Shown in pieces: positions 8,057 to 16,837 of a stretch of 44,370 nucleotides of DNA. The notes beneath the pieces are model-generated. The model did not search any database. It was not told the origin of the DNA and saw only the letters and a list, made by a program, of their open reading frames with translations. The position numbers and the translations under genes are program-made. The stretch's first letter is position 1, and each line of letters starts with the position of its first letter. This stretch comes from a virus (taxonomy: Duplodnaviria > Caudoviricetes), in IMG/VR virus record IMGVR_UViG_3300024309_000095, positions 1 through 44,370 of that record; one strand, 5' to 3'.

Positions 8057-8896
8057 ATGGCCAAAACCAAATTCGTCCGCGTCGCCACCTCCGGCCCCAC
8101 CATCGACGGCCGCAACATCGATCCGGCTGCGCTTGAGCAGATGGCCGCCACCTATAATCCGATCACCTATACCGCCCGGATCAACCTCGAACACTATCGC
8201 GGCATCACTGGCCAACCGCCTTTCCAGACCGGCGGCGACGTTCTGGCGCTGAAAACCGAACCCATCGAACTGAACGTGGGCGGGAAAATGGAAAAGCGCA
8301 CCGCCTTGCTGGCTGAAATGGACGTCAATGACGCGTTCGTCGGCCTGAATAAGCAGGACCAAAAGGTGTTTTCGTCAATCGAGATCACCTCCGATTTCGC
8401 GGGCACCGGCAAGGCCTATCTGGGCGGCCTGGCTTTCACGGATTCGCCGGCCTCGCTCGGCACCGAGCGCCTGCATTTCACGGCCCACGCCAAGGCCTAT
8501 GGCAACATGATTTCCGAGCCTCAGGAACTGAAGCTGGAATATACCGAGGCCAGCTTGGCGCAGGACGAAGCCTCGAAGGTGCGCGCCGGCCTCGCTGATT
8601 TCTTCAAGACCCTGTTCGCCGCCCCAGCCCCGGCTTCGGTCGCCGCACCGGTTGTAACGCCTCCCCCCGCACCCGCCCCGGCCCAGGATTACACCGCTTT
8701 AGCCAAATCGGTCACGGACGGCTTCACCAAGCTTCATGAGTTGATCGAGGCCAACCAGAAGGCGGGGCAAACGCAGGTGGACGTACTGAGACAGGATTTC
8801 ACGACGCTGAAAACCCAGCTCGAAACCACCGAATCCACCGCCTACACCGCCCGCCCGACCAATCCCGGCGGCGCCAGCCAGTTGGCTGACTACTAA
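8057..8896 (+). CDS. O: Capsid scaffolding protein (gpO)
   Basis: FVRVATSGPTIDGRNI, YTARINLEH, AYLGGLAFTDSPASLGTE; AGGAG RBS. Confidence 0.93.
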   Translation: MAKTKFVRVATSGPTIDGRNIDPAALEQMAATYNPITYTARINLEHYRGITGQPPFQTGGDVLALKTEPIELNVGGKMEKRTALLAEMDVNDAFVGLNKQDQKVFSSIEITSDFAGTGKAYLGGLAFTDSPASLGTERLHFTAHAKAYGNMISEPQELKLEYTEASLAQDEASKVRAGLADFFKTLFAAPAPASVAAPVVTPPPAPAPAQDYTALAKSVTDGFTKLHELIEANQKAGQTQVDVLRQDFTTLKTQLETTESTAYTARPTNPGGASQLADY

Positions 8897-8952
8897 CCAC
8901 TGTCCCCGCCTGCACCTGCCGTCCCGACCGCAACCAAAGGAACCTGTCACCC

Positions 8953-9975
8953 ATGCGCAACGAAACCCGCGCCCTTGTAAATGCCTACGTGTCCCACGTT
9001 GCGCGACTGAACGGCGTCACGGACAGTGACGTCAAAAACGACTTCACCGTGGTACCGACTATCCAGCAAAAGCTGTGGGAAAAGGTTCAGGAATCAAGCG
9101 CCTTCCTGCAGCTGGTCAACATGATCATGGTCGCCGAAATGTCCGGGTCGCTGGTCGGCATGGGTATCAACAGCACGATTGCCGGTCGCACCAACACGGA
9201 CACGACCGACCGCCTGGGCGGTGACCCCACCGAACTCGACGAACGCCTGTACAACCTGCAATTTACGGAATTCGATGTCGCCATCCTGTGGGCGAAGCTC
9301 GATCAGTGGGCCAAGTTCCCTGATTTCCAGGTGCGTTGGGCTGCCCTGATCGCCCGCCGCATCGCCCTCGATCTGATCATGGTCGGCTGGAATGGCGTCT
9401 CGATCGCCAAGCCGACCAACCGCGCCACCCATCCGCTCCTGCAGGATGTCAACAAGGGCTGGCTGCAAAAGATGCGTGAGCAGAACGCCACCCGCGTCAT
9501 GACCGGCGGCGCTGCGGCGGGCCATATCTACTATGGCGTGGGCGGCGATTACACCAGCCTCGATTCGCTGGTCTATGACGCCAAGAACACCCTCCTGCCG
9601 ACCTGGGCGAGGGATGACACCGGCCTGGTGGCGATCTGCAACACCGACCTGTTGCATGACAAGTACTTCCCGCTGATCAACAAGGATCAGGATGCCCAGA
9701 ACACCTTGGCCACGGACGTGATCATGTCCACCAAGCGCCTGGGCGGCCTGCAGGCGATGGCGGTGCCGTACTTCCCGACCGGCAAAATCTTCATCACCCG
9801 CCCGGACAACCTGTCGATCTACGCCCAGGAAGGCAAGCACCGCCGCCACATCATCGACAATCCGCGCCGCGCCCGCCTCGAAGACTACCAGTCGGATAAC
9901 CTCGACTATGTAATCGAGGACCTGGAACATGGCTGTCTGATCGAGAATATCGAACCGGTCGCCGAAGAAGAATAA
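8953..9975 (+). CDS. N: Major capsid protein (gpN)
   Basis: MRNETR, LDQWAKFPDFQ, PLLQDVNKGWLQK. Confidence 0.95.
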   Translation: MRNETRALVNAYVSHVARLNGVTDSDVKNDFTVVPTIQQKLWEKVQESSAFLQLVNMIMVAEMSGSLVGMGINSTIAGRTNTDTTDRLGGDPTELDERLYNLQFTEFDVAILWAKLDQWAKFPDFQVRWAALIARRIALDLIMVGWNGVSIAKPTNRATHPLLQDVNKGWLQKMREQNATRVMTGGAAAGHIYYGVGGDYTSLDSLVYDAKNTLLPTWARDDTGLVAICNTDLLHDKYFPLINKDQDAQNTLATDVIMSTKRLGGLQAMAVPYFPTGKIFITRPDNLSIYAQEGKHRRHIIDNPRRARLEDYQSDNLDYVIEDLEHGCLIENIEPVAEEE

Positions 9976-10004
9976 TCCCGAATACCCCCCGCGAGCAGTG
10001 TGCC

Positions 10005-10040
10005 GGCGGCGTCTCGCATACCTGAGACGCCGCCATTTTT
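10005..10040 (+). terminator. Terminator/attenuator after the capsid gene
   Basis: GGCGGCGTCTC-loop-GAGACGCCGCC then ATTTTT. Confidence 0.65.
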
Positions 10041-10057
10041 ATAACCGGAGAAAACTC

Positions 10058-10846
10058 ATGGCCCTAAGTCCCGCCCAAAGACACCTTCAACGCCATCATG
10101 CCGCCGCCATTGCCTTGGCCGCCGGCGCGGCCGCCGCAGCCGCCGGCGCCGTCGTCGCGCCGCCGCACCCGGAAGATGGCGAAGCCGCTCAATCCTACAA
10201 CCTCCTGATGGTCCAGTTGATCGAGCATCGCCGCCAACTCAAGGATATCGGTTCGACCGAAAAGAAGATCGAAGCCAAGCGCGGCATGTTCGATTTTTAT
10301 CAGGACCATGTGGACGCGGTACTGGATGCCGGCGAAAAGACCGGCCAGGCGGTGCAGGACGATATCGTCGTCACCATGATGATCTGGAGCCTCGATCTCC
10401 AGTACTGGTCGCGCGCCTTCCAGATTGCCGCCCATGTGTTGCGCTTCGGCCTTCAACTGCCACAGCCCTTTACGCGTGGCGTTCCCACCTTCCTGGCCGA
10501 AGAGGTCGCGGAAGCGGCGCTTAAGGCCGACGCCCTCGATCAGGATTTCCCGCTGGACGTCCTCAGTGATGTCTTCACCATGGTTCAGCCCTACGACATT
10601 TACGACGTTGTGGCCGCCAAGCTGCGCAAGGCCATCGGTTTCCGCTATCTGCGTATCTCGAAGGCGGATAACCCTGACGGCCCCGCCGGTGGCCCGGAAG
10701 CCGCCAAGCGCGCCGCCCTTGAAGCTTTCCGCAGCGCCTTTGCGATCGACAAAAAGTGCGGCGTGAAGAAGGAAATGGAAATCCTGCAACGCGCCCTCCA
10801 AAAGCTCCCCGAACCCGCTCCGGCCGAAACCGGCCAGAGCGCCTAA
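10058..10846 (+). CDS. M: Terminase endonuclease subunit (gpM)
   Basis: MALSPAQRH, QDDIVVTMMIW, AKLRKAIG, CGVKK; synteny after N. Confidence 0.9.
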   Translation: MALSPAQRHLQRHHAAAIALAAGAAAAAAGAVVAPPHPEDGEAAQSYNLLMVQLIEHRRQLKDIGSTEKKIEAKRGMFDFYQDHVDAVLDAGEKTGQAVQDDIVVTMMIWSLDLQYWSRAFQIAAHVLRFGLQLPQPFTRGVPTFLAEEVAEAALKADALDQDFPLDVLSDVFTMVQPYDIYDVVAAKLRKAIGFRYLRISKADNPDGPAGGPEAAKRAALEAFRSAFAIDKKCGVKKEMEILQRALQKLPEPAPAETGQSA

Positions 10847-10952
10847 GCCGCCCCACGGCGCCGGGGGGACGGTGAAGAGACTGACAGGATTTTCTCCCCT
10901 GTATCCGTCTCTGATCCCCATCCCCCCAACCGTCTTTTTTGGAGAAACCGTC

Positions 10953-11240
10953 ATGTTGATCCCGCCGAAAAAAGGACCGTCACAGACTGATGATCTTGCA
11001 GCCTTTTTGAACGAAGTGCTGGCCTCTGACCCGGAATTCATGCGGGCCTTGGTCTCTCATCGCCCATCCTGCAATCAGGCCCTAGCCGACCACCCGACCA
11101 TCCCTGTTGGGAAAGCAGAAGACGGTTACCGCACTGGCTTCTTGGGAATCGTCAACGGATATCTCGTGTCGAAAGATGAAGCGTTGCTGGCGGTTTCGCT
11201 CGATGATGCCGGGCGCATTATCGAATTCATGAGGCTATAA
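10953..11240 (+). CDS. Hypothetical phage protein inserted between M and L
   Basis: GGAG RBS; 95-aa ORF fills the gap. Confidence 0.65.
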   Translation: MLIPPKKGPSQTDDLAAFLNEVLASDPEFMRALVSHRPSCNQALADHPTIPVGKAEDGYRTGFLGIVNGYLVSKDEALLAVSLDDAGRIIEFMRL

Positions 11241-11243
11241 CGC

Positions 11244-11720
11244 ATGTCGTTTGTTGTTTCTGTCCCTGCCGATGACGCCTCGCCCGCCGGGGCAAAGGTG
11301 AAGTGCGGCCCCTTCTGGCCGGATATCGACCTGAACGATGCCCGCGAGGTCATGAAGATCAGCGGCGGCACTGTCACCGATCCGCGCCTGGTCGCGGCGA
11401 TCGAGGGCGCTCTCCTGACCGCGTTGAAAGACCTGACCGAATGGCAGGCCGCCCAGGAGACCGCCGGTTACACCAAATTGCAGGATATTCCCGCTCAAAA
11501 GCTGGGTGGTGAGAGTCGCCTGCTCATCGCGTGGAAGCGCGCCATCTATGCCTATGCCACGGCCGACCTGAACGAAACCGGCCGTGACCTGACCGCCACC
11601 AAAGCCGGTGCCGACCGCGCCGAAGACGCCGCAAGTCTGGCCGATGCCTTCCGCCGCAACGGCCTGTTTGCCGTACGCGATATTCTCGGCCGACACCGCG
11701 TCACGTCGGAACTGATCTGA
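11244..11720 (+). CDS. L: Head completion/stabilization protein (gpL)
   Basis: FWPDIDL, AVRDILGRHRVTSELI. Confidence 0.9.
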   Translation: MSFVVSVPADDASPAGAKVKCGPFWPDIDLNDAREVMKISGGTVTDPRLVAAIEGALLTALKDLTEWQAAQETAGYTKLQDIPAQKLGGESRLLIAWKRAIYAYATADLNETGRDLTATKAGADRAEDAASLADAFRRNGLFAVRDILGRHRVTSELI

Positions 11721-11950
11721 TGCCGGAAACCCAAGCCACTTTCACCGCCTATGCCAAACAGGGCGATACCGTCGATCTGGTGGTCTGGCGCGAGCTTTCG
11801 GCCGGTGCCGGCGTCGTCGAACAGGTGCTGGAATTGAACCGCGGCATCGCGGATGGCGGCCCGATCCTCACCGAAGGCCAGGCCGTCATCTTGCCCCTGC
11901 TGCTGACCGCCCCCGCCCCGGCCAGCGATATGGTCCAGCTTTGGAGTTAG
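11720..11950 (+). CDS. X: Tail protein X (LysM-like)
   Basis: AKQGDTVDLVVWR...VLELNRGIA...VQLWS. Confidence 0.9.
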   Translation: MPETQATFTAYAKQGDTVDLVVWRELSAGAGVVEQVLELNRGIADGGPILTEGQAVILPLLLTAPAPASDMVQLWS

Positions 11951-11953
11951 ACC

Positions 11954-12472
11954 ATGAAGAAACTCGACGCTCTGAAAAAGTTCCTGCTGGCCTATATCCC
12001 TGAACTAAAACGCAATCCCGATAATTTGACGGTTTCGGTCCAGCGCGGTCAGGTGGTGGCGCGTGACGGTGAAAACCTAGGCTTTGAATATGTGTTCACC
12101 GCCTCGCTGATCGTCACGGACTATACCTGTGATCCTGACACCGTATTTATGCCGCTCATGCTGTGGGTGCGCGAAAACCAGCGCGATCTTGTCCAGAATT
12201 TCGACAAGTCGGACAATAATATCAGCTTTCAGGTCGACATCATTGATGATGCTACGGTCGATATCGCCATCACCCTGCCCCTGACCGAAGCCGTCGATGT
12301 CCGACGTCGGAAGGATGGCGGCGGTTATGATCTGACGCACCGCGATGAACCGCCGCAAATCGACGCGTTCCTGACCGGCTTTCCGGATCTGCCTGGCTGC
12401 GAAACGCTCCTGCGCCAGATCTACACCAATGGCGGTTTGCTCTTGCCCGCCGATGACGCCGGGATTGACTGA
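11954..12472 (+). CDS. R: Tail completion protein (gpR)
   Basis: MKKLDALK...NPDNL...FEY...LPLTEAV. Confidence 0.88.
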   Translation: MKKLDALKKFLLAYIPELKRNPDNLTVSVQRGQVVARDGENLGFEYVFTASLIVTDYTCDPDTVFMPLMLWVRENQRDLVQNFDKSDNNISFQVDIIDDATVDIAITLPLTEAVDVRRRKDGGGYDLTHRDEPPQIDAFLTGFPDLPGCETLLRQIYTNGGLLLPADDAGID

Positions 12473-13119
12473 TGCAGGATGGCTTTGAGGAACTGGAAGG
12501 CCTCGTTGCCGATATTCTGGCGCGGACCCAGCCCAGCCGCCGCCGCCGTGTCCTTGTCGATATCGGTCGCGTCCTGCGAAAAAATCAGGCCGTCCGGATC
12601 AAAAAGCAGAAAAACCCGGACGGCACCAAATATACGCCACGAAAAAAAAAGCTGCCTCTGCGCAAGCGCCTGTCAGCCACACGGTTCTTGTACCCGTTGC
12701 ATGGTTCCGGCCCGGCCCGTGTCGTTTTCATGAAAAACTGGACCTTTGTCGGCAAGCGCTACATGGTCGGTTTCGATCTGGAGGAAGGCCGCACCCGCAC
12801 CTTCAGGCGCGACAAGATCATTAAATTTCTGCCCGTCACGTCCGCAGATCAGCCCGCCGGAGCCGGCACATGGAAAGCGCCGTCGCTTCGCCAGCAGGCC
12901 ATGTTCAAGCACATTCGCCTGCCGAAGTGGTTGCAAGGCTGGACCGAAAATGACGGCGATGCCGTGGCGGCCGGTTTCCGTGGTGATGTGGTGCGGATCG
13001 CCAATAGCCACCAGCAGGGCCTTGATTTCCATGCCGAACGCCATTTGATCGGCCTGTCGGCCGATGATGAGCGCATGATTATTGACAAGATCGATGAACT
13101 GACCGGCGCCGGCGGTTAG
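12472..13119 (+). CDS. S: Virion morphogenesis/tail completion protein (gpS) with an internal insertion
   Basis: RIKKQKNPDGTKYTPRK, AMF, HQQG, RHLIGLS. Confidence 0.88.
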   Translation: MQDGFEELEGLVADILARTQPSRRRRVLVDIGRVLRKNQAVRIKKQKNPDGTKYTPRKKKLPLRKRLSATRFLYPLHGSGPARVVFMKNWTFVGKRYMVGFDLEEGRTRTFRRDKIIKFLPVTSADQPAGAGTWKAPSLRQQAMFKHIRLPKWLQGWTENDGDAVAAGFRGDVVRIANSHQQGLDFHAERHLIGLSADDERMIIDKIDELTGAGG

Positions 13120-13173
13120 GGTTATTCGACCAACGGCACCGCTGGTACTGACCTCTTTGCAAAAGCGTAAGGA

Positions 13174-14544
13174 TCAGGTTGCCAGCGGTGAAAATCCGGC
13201 CGGCGGCGGATAGGCAAAGGGCACCGTACCGGTGTTCAGTGTTCGCTGTGATCCTGCGAAATATGGCAGGCCAACTTGTACGTAGTAAGTCAGACCTGTA
13301 CCGGGGAGGGTAAATCCTTCGGCACCTGTCGTAGGGTCAGATGAACCGCTATCATTCCAGACTCCGCCATCTACTCTGAACCAGATCAGGTGGGCGTCAG
13401 CATCGATAGCTATATCAATATCGCACGGCGCGTTGAACCCACCAATATTATCTATCGTACCGCCATCTGACGAGTAAATTTGACCATCCCACCCGTAATA
13501 AAGCTCGTGTGATTTGTCGATATCGTTGATGCCGACGCCGCCATACTCATATGCGTCAAACCTGACAGAGAGATAAACCTTACCGGTTGTGATCGACGCC
13601 TTGGACATGATGCCTGGCCAGGTCTGAGAGGTGGGGCAAGTCACGGTCCTGTCGTTGTTGGAGAAGACCATAAGACCAGCGTCACCAATTGTTGTGTTCC
13701 AGCCGCCACAAAGCGGGTCAACCGGATCAACCCCGAAAATAGGCGCTGCTGTCTTGTACGGGTGACCGATCGGCAAAGCCGCCTCGTGCCCCCACTTCCA
13801 CGCTAGATATCCTTCAAGCTTTTGCCTGTCGGCTTCAGACAGGGCGTAGTTTAAAAGAATAACTTCCTGTAAATATATGGTTATCCCGCCTAAATGTCTG
13901 TCACCCAGACAAATGGACGAAAGCCCCTCAGAGCCAACGCCGTCCGTAAAGAACAAGTCGCCGTTATAGATGACGTGACCGTCCGTGGATGATTTGCCGA
14001 CGACAAGGATTACCGGCGCGGATAGTTCATCGCCCCACAGATCGTAGCCTGACGTGTCAAAGACATATTGAACCGAGCCATTGTCGTCAGAGACTTCCAC
14101 CTTGATCCCTCGTGTGTAGCCATCCTCCATAACGGCGTAGCTGGTGCCCCAGTGCGCCCGATCAACGTCCAGCATAGCCACGATATCGTAGCTGCTGGAT
14201 AAATTGATGCCGGTTTCGAGATATTGGTTATGGCAGGATACGACCGGCAGGCCGTTTATCAGAGAAGCCGAATAGACAGGCTGATAGATAGCGTTAGCCT
14301 GTGTGGCCTGACCTCCCGCAGACCCTTTGTTCGCCCATGCGGTAACACTGGTGCCGCTCAGGGTGAGCGTTTCCGCATCTGCTGCATCCCACCACCCCAC
14401 AGGGAGCGTTGCCAGATTTGCAGGCGTCCAAGACGCTTCGACGGGCGGAAATAGGCTTCCCACACCCAGATAAATAGCGGTGTCGGTGCGCGTGCCAATA
14501 TAGCGCGCGGCGCGTCCGGCGGCTCCCACATAGACGGCGGTCAT
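13174..14544 (-). CDS. Putative receptor-binding protein with LamG/concanavalin-like and SPRY-like domains
   Basis: GWWDAADAETLT, EGYLAWKWG..LP.GHPYK, IAIDADAHLIWFRVDG, FAYPPPAGFSP; lower GC than its flanks. Confidence 0.55.
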   Translation of the reverse strand: MTAVYVGAAGRAARYIGTRTDTAIYLGVGSLFPPVEASWTPANLATLPVGWWDAADAETLTLSGTSVTAWANKGSAGGQATQANAIYQPVYSASLINGLPVVSCHNQYLETGINLSSSYDIVAMLDVDRAHWGTSYAVMEDGYTRGIKVEVSDDNGSVQYVFDTSGYDLWGDELSAPVILVVGKSSTDGHVIYNGDLFFTDGVGSEGLSSICLGDRHLGGITIYLQEVILLNYALSEADRQKLEGYLAWKWGHEAALPIGHPYKTAAPIFGVDPVDPLCGGWNTTIGDAGLMVFSNNDRTVTCPTSQTWPGIMSKASITTGKVYLSVRFDAYEYGGVGINDIDKSHELYYGWDGQIYSSDGGTIDNIGGFNAPCDIDIAIDADAHLIWFRVDGGVWNDSGSSDPTTGAEGFTLPGTGLTYYVQVGLPYFAGSQRTLNTGTVPFAYPPPAGFSPLAT

Positions 14545-14547
14545 AAG

Positions 14548-15342
14548 TCAGCCCAGAATGACCGCGCGATATTGCGAGGCGGTGGGCGCTTCGGCAAATT
14601 TCAGCGTCACACTGTTCGTGCTTGGACGCTCGACATCGCAGAGTACGTCAGCATAGACGCCACTGGCCTGATAAAGTGATACCGACACGTCGCGGGTGCC
14701 AAGATTATGCGTCAGCGTGATCGACGTTGCCGAACCGTCTCCGACCGCCGCCGAATATTTCAGCTTGCGACCCGCCCAATTGGCCAGTTTCAGCGCAGTG
14801 ATATAACGGCTGTCATCCGCGCCCGCGTCGGTTTCCGTCTGAGTGGCGATCTCCGCCAGGCCCGCCGTGCTTTCGGAAGCCGCCGGCGCCGTGGTTCCGA
14901 AAGCCGTCCAGATCACATCATCGGTTTCAAGATCGAAATTAACCTGTGTCTGACGCCAGGAAGACCCACCGTTCGCCGTGCCTTCATCGACGGTCACGAC
15001 CGCCGATTCCAGTTCGTCCGAAGTGCTGGCATCAAGCGCACGCGTCATGGCCACAGCCGCGCCGTTCCAGATACGGATGCCGTTCTGCGACGCATCGGTC
15101 TGATCCTTCAGCAATACCCGGTCGCCGGCCGCCAACGCGATGGCGTCCATCGAAGCACCTGGGGCGGCCAGATCGACATTCGCGGTCGAAGCCACCCGCA
15201 CATTGTCTTTCCACGCAATGCCCTCGATCGCCGCCTTCAGATCAGCCAGTCGCGCCGGTTCATTATCACTGGTTGGCGCCGGCAGATTGAGGATGCGCGC
15301 GAGGTTGTTGAAATCCAAATCGGAAAGAATGGGCTTGGCCAT
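14548..15342 (-). CDS. Fibre-like virion protein
   Basis: WKDNVRVASTANV, GDRVLLKDQT..SQNGI, one gpH-type repeat (ASESTAGLAEIAT), C-terminal THNLG domain. Confidence 0.65.
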   Translation of the reverse strand: MAKPILSDLDFNNLARILNLPAPTSDNEPARLADLKAAIEGIAWKDNVRVASTANVDLAAPGASMDAIALAAGDRVLLKDQTDASQNGIRIWNGAAVAMTRALDASTSDELESAVVTVDEGTANGGSSWRQTQVNFDLETDDVIWTAFGTTAPAASESTAGLAEIATQTETDAGADDSRYITALKLANWAGRKLKYSAAVGDGSATSITLTHNLGTRDVSVSLYQASGVYADVLCDVERPSTNSVTLKFAEAPTASQYRAVILG

Positions 15343-15351
15343 GTATGGCTC

Positions 15352-15681
15352 CTATAAAGCTTCGGCCGTGCCGGCATAGGGCATGGCGAAATGAACGGTG
15401 AACTGATTGGGGGAAGCATGGACAACCTGCGCGTCCACCTCGACTCCGCCGGTCGAGCGAATGGAGACGATCGGCTTTCGGCCAAGGTTGTGGTTGACCG
15501 TCCAGACACTGGCGGCGACAGCCTGGACATGAATGTAGCGATTGGCCGCGTCACCCGTCGCGCCGGTATCGCCCTTGTCCCCCTTCTTGCCCTCGTCGCC
15601 CTTCGGTCCCGGCGGGCCTTCCTTGATAGGGATGGCCTCAAGCGCTTCAGGAGCAAAGGGAATGGGATAAAAATCAGTCAT
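15352..15681 (-). CDS. Collagen-like repeat protein with HNLG domain
   Basis: GPPGPKGDEGKKGDKGDTGATG; WTVNHNLGRKPIV. Confidence 0.7.
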   Translation of the reverse strand: MTDFYPIPFAPEALEAIPIKEGPPGPKGDEGKKGDKGDTGATGDAANRYIHVQAVAASVWTVNHNLGRKPIVSIRSTGGVEVDAQVVHASPNQFTVHFAMPYAGTAEAL

Positions 15682-16033
15682 GAACAACCGACCTTTCCAC
15701 CACCACCTTGCCGACCATGAAGTCATCGCTGCGCCCGTTGGGGGAAATCAGAAAGACCTCATAGAACAGGCGCGGTTCATCGAGCGCGATCAGGCGATCC
15801 CTGTCCGTGTCGCTGATCAGCAGTGTCATGGTACGCGCGGCCTCATCGATAACAATACCACCATTCTCCGTAGTCAATTCCTGCAGCACATCTTCGGAAT
15901 CGAGCGTCATCCGGATCATGGCGCGGGCACGGTAGCCGGTCAGCGTAACCGTGCTGTTGCACCCGCCGATCTTGAAGCGCGGGGCGAAAGTCGCTGATTG
16001 TTTTAGCCGCAGATCGAAGGGATAGGCGGGCAT
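15674..16033 (-). CDS. Putative fibre anchor/adaptor (BppU-N-like Ig fold)
   Basis: DLRLKQSATF...LTGYRARAMIR...LTTENGGIVI pattern typical of virion adaptor proteins. Confidence 0.55.
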   Translation of the reverse strand: MPAYPFDLRLKQSATFAPRFKIGGCNSTVTLTGYRARAMIRMTLDSEDVLQELTTENGGIVIDEAARTMTLLISDTDRDRLIALDEPRLFYEVFLISPNGRSDDFMVGKVVVERSVVHD

Positions 16034-16034
16034 G

Positions 16035-16307
16035 TTATCCCCCCGCCTTGCGCAGATAGGCATCAAGCATGTGCGCGCCTTGGGCGATGGCCCCGAACAT
16101 GGCCACCATCCCGGCGATCATGCTGGTAACCATCAGCCCCGCGCGCTGGCGCATGGCGCGCATAAAGCTGAAATCCCGCTGCGCCTCGATACATGCCTGA
16201 GGCGTCGAAACGTCCACACCCAGCTTGGTGAAGGTTTCGGTGACCGTCTCCTTCGCCGTCTGCCGGGCCGTCCGCTCGATCAGGTCTTGAATTTCGGGGC
16301 CGGTCAT
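16035..16307 (-). CDS. Small membrane protein in the lysis cassette (holin/antiholin candidate)
   Basis: 90 aa with a C-terminal hydrophobic helix; GGAGGT RBS; ATGA overlap with the spanin stop. Confidence 0.55.
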   Translation of the reverse strand: MTGPEIQDLIERTARQTAKETVTETFTKLGVDVSTPQACIEAQRDFSFMRAMRQRAGLMVTSMIAGMVAMFGAIAQGAHMLDAYLRKAGG

Positions 16308-16837
16308 TCCACCTCCTGTTCCGGATTGGGCGACAGCCCCGCCTCTACGGCCCATGCCTGCCATTGTTTGTTCCGGTCTATGGCTTCACGGCAGATGCCG
16401 AAATTCTGGGCGAGGATGGTGGCGCCTGCATCGGGCGTAACGGCGGAAGGTCCGTCATCAACGCGGCCGGGGCTTGAGGCAAGACGGTCGGTTTCACCGG
16501 TGATCGCGGCGTCAACGACGCGCACGAAGCCGTCAGACAGAGGATAGCGGCGCACAGAGTCAGCCGGGATAACATACGGCACATAACGTATCACCTCGTC
16601 GGTTTGCTTGTGGATCGCCACGGCGGCGGCCGTGGTTTTCTGGCTGGCGGTTTGGGTTGCCGCCGCCTGTTTCTGTTCGGTAGCGCGCGCCGCCTCGGAT
16701 TGCGCCACGGTCGCGCTCAGAGCTTTCACCTCATGCTTGCCGTGCTCCCACCGGGTGCCGGCGAAGAAGCCGCTTCCCCACAGGCAAGCGGCAATCAGCA
16801 GACCAACACCAATATCACTGACGCGGATATCGTTCAT
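16304..16837 (-). CDS. Inner-membrane spanin (Rz-like)
   Basis: N-terminal TM, Ala/Gln-rich coil, follows the endolysin, contains an embedded lipoprotein gene. Confidence 0.75.
   Translation of the reverse strand: MNDIRVSDIGVGLLIAACLWGSGFFAGTRWEHGKHEVKALSATVAQSEAARATEQKQAAATQTASQKTTAAAVAIHKQTDEVIRYVPYVIPADSVRRYPLSDGFVRVVDAAITGETDRLASSPGRVDDGPSAVTPDAGATILAQNFGICREAIDRNKQWQAWAVEAGLSPNPEQEVE
16378..16575 (-). CDS. Outer-membrane spanin (Rz1-like), embedded
   Basis: Signal and lipobox (AAILCLTASC), Pro-rich mature part, out of frame within Rz. Confidence 0.7.
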   Translation of the reverse strand: MLSRLTLCAAILCLTASCASLTPRSPVKPTVLPQAPAALMTDLPPLRPMQAPPSSPRISASAVKP

